64,000 nucleotides of DNA from positions 414,863 to 478,862 of the forward strand of contig CAWIDA010000009.1 in assembly GCA_963834815.1 (NCBI GenBank), given 5' to 3'. The notes under the pieces were generated by a model. It saw nothing but the letters and a program-made list of their open reading frames with translations, was not told the DNA's origin and searched no databases. Both the position numbers and the translations under genes were made by a program. Of the stretch, positions 62,148 through 64,000 are shown in pieces. The stretch's first letter is position 1, and the number at the start of each line of letters is the position of its first letter. Source of the stretch: an uncultured Acidobacteriaceae bacterium. Lineage in GTDB: Bacteria; Acidobacteriota; Terriglobia; Terriglobales; Acidobacteriaceae.

Positions 62148-64000
62148 TCATTTGCCTGCCGCTGCAACCGTCAAATGACCATCGGTCACCGTACTCGATT
62201 TCTTCGCCGGCGCGGGCGGAGCCGACACATGCTCGTGGATTAGTTGGCGTTCGTTGTTGTCTTCGGGATGCAGCCTGCGATACGGCCCGGTGATCACCTG
62301 CGCCGACTCGTCCGCTTTGAATCGCAGATACAGCTTCTCGTACTCCGCAGCCTTGGCGGCGTCGCCCATCCCCTTGTAGCAGAGCATTAAATTGTAGTTG
62401 GCTTGCAAATCCTCTGGATCGACAGAGATAGCCTGCTGCAACTGCGCGATGGCCTCGGGATATTTGCGCGAGAGGAAAAGCACCCGGCCCAGATCATTTC
62501 GTGCCACGCGGTCCCTGGGATACTGCTCCAGCACCTTTTGCAGGCGATGCGCCGCGCCGTCGTAATCGCCGTCCGAGCGCAGCACGCGAGCGTAGAAGTA
62601 GTTGGCGCGCGCCAGGCCCGGATTCAACTCGAGCGCCTTTTGCAGCACCACGCGGGCGCGCTCCATGTCGCCTTCCTGCACCGCGACGCGCCCGAGGTTC
62701 ACCCAGCCGTCGGGATTGGTCGGATCGGCCTCGGTGACTTTTTCCCACGCTGCGGTGGCACCTTTGAAGTCTCCCTGCAAAAAGAGGCCGATACCGTAAT
62801 CGTTCCAGCGCTGCCAATCCGCTTTCTCGACCACCGTCTTCGGCGCCTCTGCGGACGCGCCCTTGGGAAGGACTCTCAGCTCGACGGTATCCTCCGCCAT
62901 CACGATAATCGGCAACTCGGGAACCTGTTTCAGCTTGCCGGAAACCGTCGTCAGGTCACCATCAAAGGTAAACTCGCGGTCGTCATAAGCCTTGGTAGTG
63001 TGGGGCGCAACCGGATCCTGCTTCGAGATTCCGGCATAGGCGAAGTGCGTGTTCCACCACGAAAATTTGCGGTAGCAGAGCTTGGCCGTCAGCTTGATCT
63101 TGTTGCCGGCATTTTGCGGCACGTTGAGCCGGTAGTGGACCGTGTCAGCGGCGCCGGGCGGGATCAGCCGCACATACACCACCGATCGCGTGGCCCATGC
63201 ATTGCGCTTGTTGATGGGATTGCCATGTTCGTCGATCTGCAGTGAACGGTAGAAGTGCGCTCCGGGATCGACCGGACCCTTGCCGTCGTCTCCGGCTTTG
63301 CCGCTCCAGAAAAGCACCTGCCCCTTGTCATCCACAGCCTTCAGTTCGACCCATGTCTCGGGAGCATCCACCGTGCCTCCAGGAAAGAAGTGTCCGACTT
63401 TCCTGGTGCGGACCACGACATCGACACGCGCGCTTTCGCCCCGCCGCACCGCGGCGCTCACTTTGTCGAGCGGGGCGGTTACCGGCGCCACTACTCCGCC
63501 GCTCTCCCCGGTAGTTTTCATTTCCGCTTCTTCACCCACGGCAAATGTCGTCTGCAGTTCAGCTTGCGGCCCTCCCCCTCCCTTGGCTTGGGGAGCGGCG
63601 TTCGACAGGGCGAAGATATCGACCGTCACTACTCCGCTCTTCAGAAAGTTCTCCGTGACCTCCATCTGGTGTGCGTCCTCATTCGCCATGGGCAGCGCAG
63701 TATTAGCCGCTGGGAACGAGTGCGAGTGAATCATGCCCGCGATGTTGCCCATGTCATTCGACCTGGTGCTGGGCATGTGGCAGTCCTGGCAGCCCTGCGG
63801 TTTCGGCGGATAGTAGAACGAGCGCGCGCCCATCCCGGACACGCCACTGGCCTGCCAGTTGTCGTACTCGTTGAAGCCGCGCAACCAGCGGTAATTGTTG
63901 ACCGGTACGTCGAGGTGCACCTTGTGGCACGACGAGCAGAATTCCGGGGTCTGGGTGCGCATGAACGGCTTGAGGAAGACGCGACGGTGCGGCTCGGGAT
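62148..64000 (-). CDS. Multihaem c-type cytochrome domain fused to a C-terminal TPR domain. The N-terminus runs off the right edge of the window.
   Basis: CxxCH motifs CSSCH (63924-63938) and CQDCH (63777-63791). TPR units occupy the last ~230 aa. The frame stays open upstream of the track Met to position 64000 (..PEPHRRVFLKPFMRTQ..). Confidence 0.85.
   Translation of the reverse strand, partial: PEPHRRVFLKPFMRTQTPEFCSSCHKVHLDVPVNNYRWLRGFNEYDNWQASGVSGMGARSFYYPPKPQGCQDCHMPSTRSNDMGNIAGMIHSHSFPAANTALPMANEDAHQMEVTENFLKSGVVTVDIFALSNAAPQAKGGGGPQAELQTTFAVGEEAEMKTTGESGGVVAPVTAPLDKVSAAVRRGESARVDVVVRTRKVGHFFPGGTVDAPETWVELKAVDDKGQVLFWSGKAGDDGKGPVDPGAHFYRSLQIDEHGNPINKRNAWATRSVVYVRLIPPGAADTVHYRLNVPQNAGNKIKLTAKLCYRKFSWWNTHFAYAGISKQDPVAPHTTKAYDDREFTFDGDLTTVSGKLKQVPELPIIVMAEDTVELRVLPKGASAEAPKTVVEKADWQRWNDYGIGLFLQGDFKGATAAWEKVTEADPTNPDGWVNLGRVAVQEGDMERARVVLQKALELNPGLARANYFYARVLRSDGDYDGAAHRLQKVLEQYPRDRVARNDLGRVLFLSRKYPEAIAQLQQAISVDPEDLQANYNLMLCYKGMGDAAKAAEYEKLYLRFKADESAQVITGPYRRLHPEDNNERQLIHEHVSAPPAPAKKSSTVTDGHLTVAAAGK

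Overview
Bacterial chromosomal window, about 60-63% GC. The gene content looks Acidobacteriota-like: an acidobacterial-type VWFA protein, a CarboxypepD_reg-type TonB-dependent receptor, several CRTAC1/ASPIC-UnbV paralogs and many TPR proteins. That taxon call is inference only. There are about 45 protein genes and I saw no rRNA, tRNA or CRISPR. (1) 1-21.2 kb is a lipid island. The largest gene in the window is NOT in the supplied ORF track because it runs off the left edge. It is a minus-strand open frame from ATG 8759 to <1 (>=2919 codons) encoding a type I PKS / PUFA-synthase-like megasynthase with domain order KS-AT-KS-5x carrier-KR-DH. All five tandem carrier domains read LG(V/I)DTVKQAE, with Thr where the invariant phosphopantetheinyl-Ser is expected. 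Upstream and co-directional, separated only by 16-75 nt gaps or a 4-nt overlap, lie a membrane cytochrome-b-like/Fe-S/CCG oxidoreductase, EtfB, EtfA and a long acyl-CoA dehydrogenase. Divergent from this operon are a WS/DGAT acyltransferase with a basic tail, a six-repeat amphipathic (phasin-like) protein and a patatin lipase. (2) 21.2-30.6 kb is an envelope glycoconjugate cluster. It holds UDP-sulfoquinovose synthase SqdB, a GT39/ArnT-like GT-C enzyme, a GT2/GT21 membrane glycosyltransferase, a 4-nt-overlapping pair of half-size EamA transporters (ArnE/F-like) and an orphan MacB-type permease. It also holds a gene pair about 10 GC points lower than its surroundings (ceramidase-like membrane protein, Zn-ribbon methyltransferase). 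(3) 30.7-33.5 kb is fur-katG. (4) 33.7-53.3 kb holds exported hydrolytic and carbohydrate genes: DUF1223, a degenerate M28-like protein, the VWFA protein, GH2, GH5, an isomerase, VOC, Gfo/Idh/MocA, a NarL-type two-component system, LacI and the TonB receptor. The TonB receptor carries three frame disruptions and the VWFA gene carries one. (5) 53.3-64 kb holds three CRTAC1 paralogs with TPR proteins, a multihaem-cytochrome/TPR fusion that runs off the right edge, and an embedded amidase. Two copies of a hairpin-rich, inverted-repeat intergenic element sit between convergent genes at 29.25 kb and 56.74-57.07 kb.
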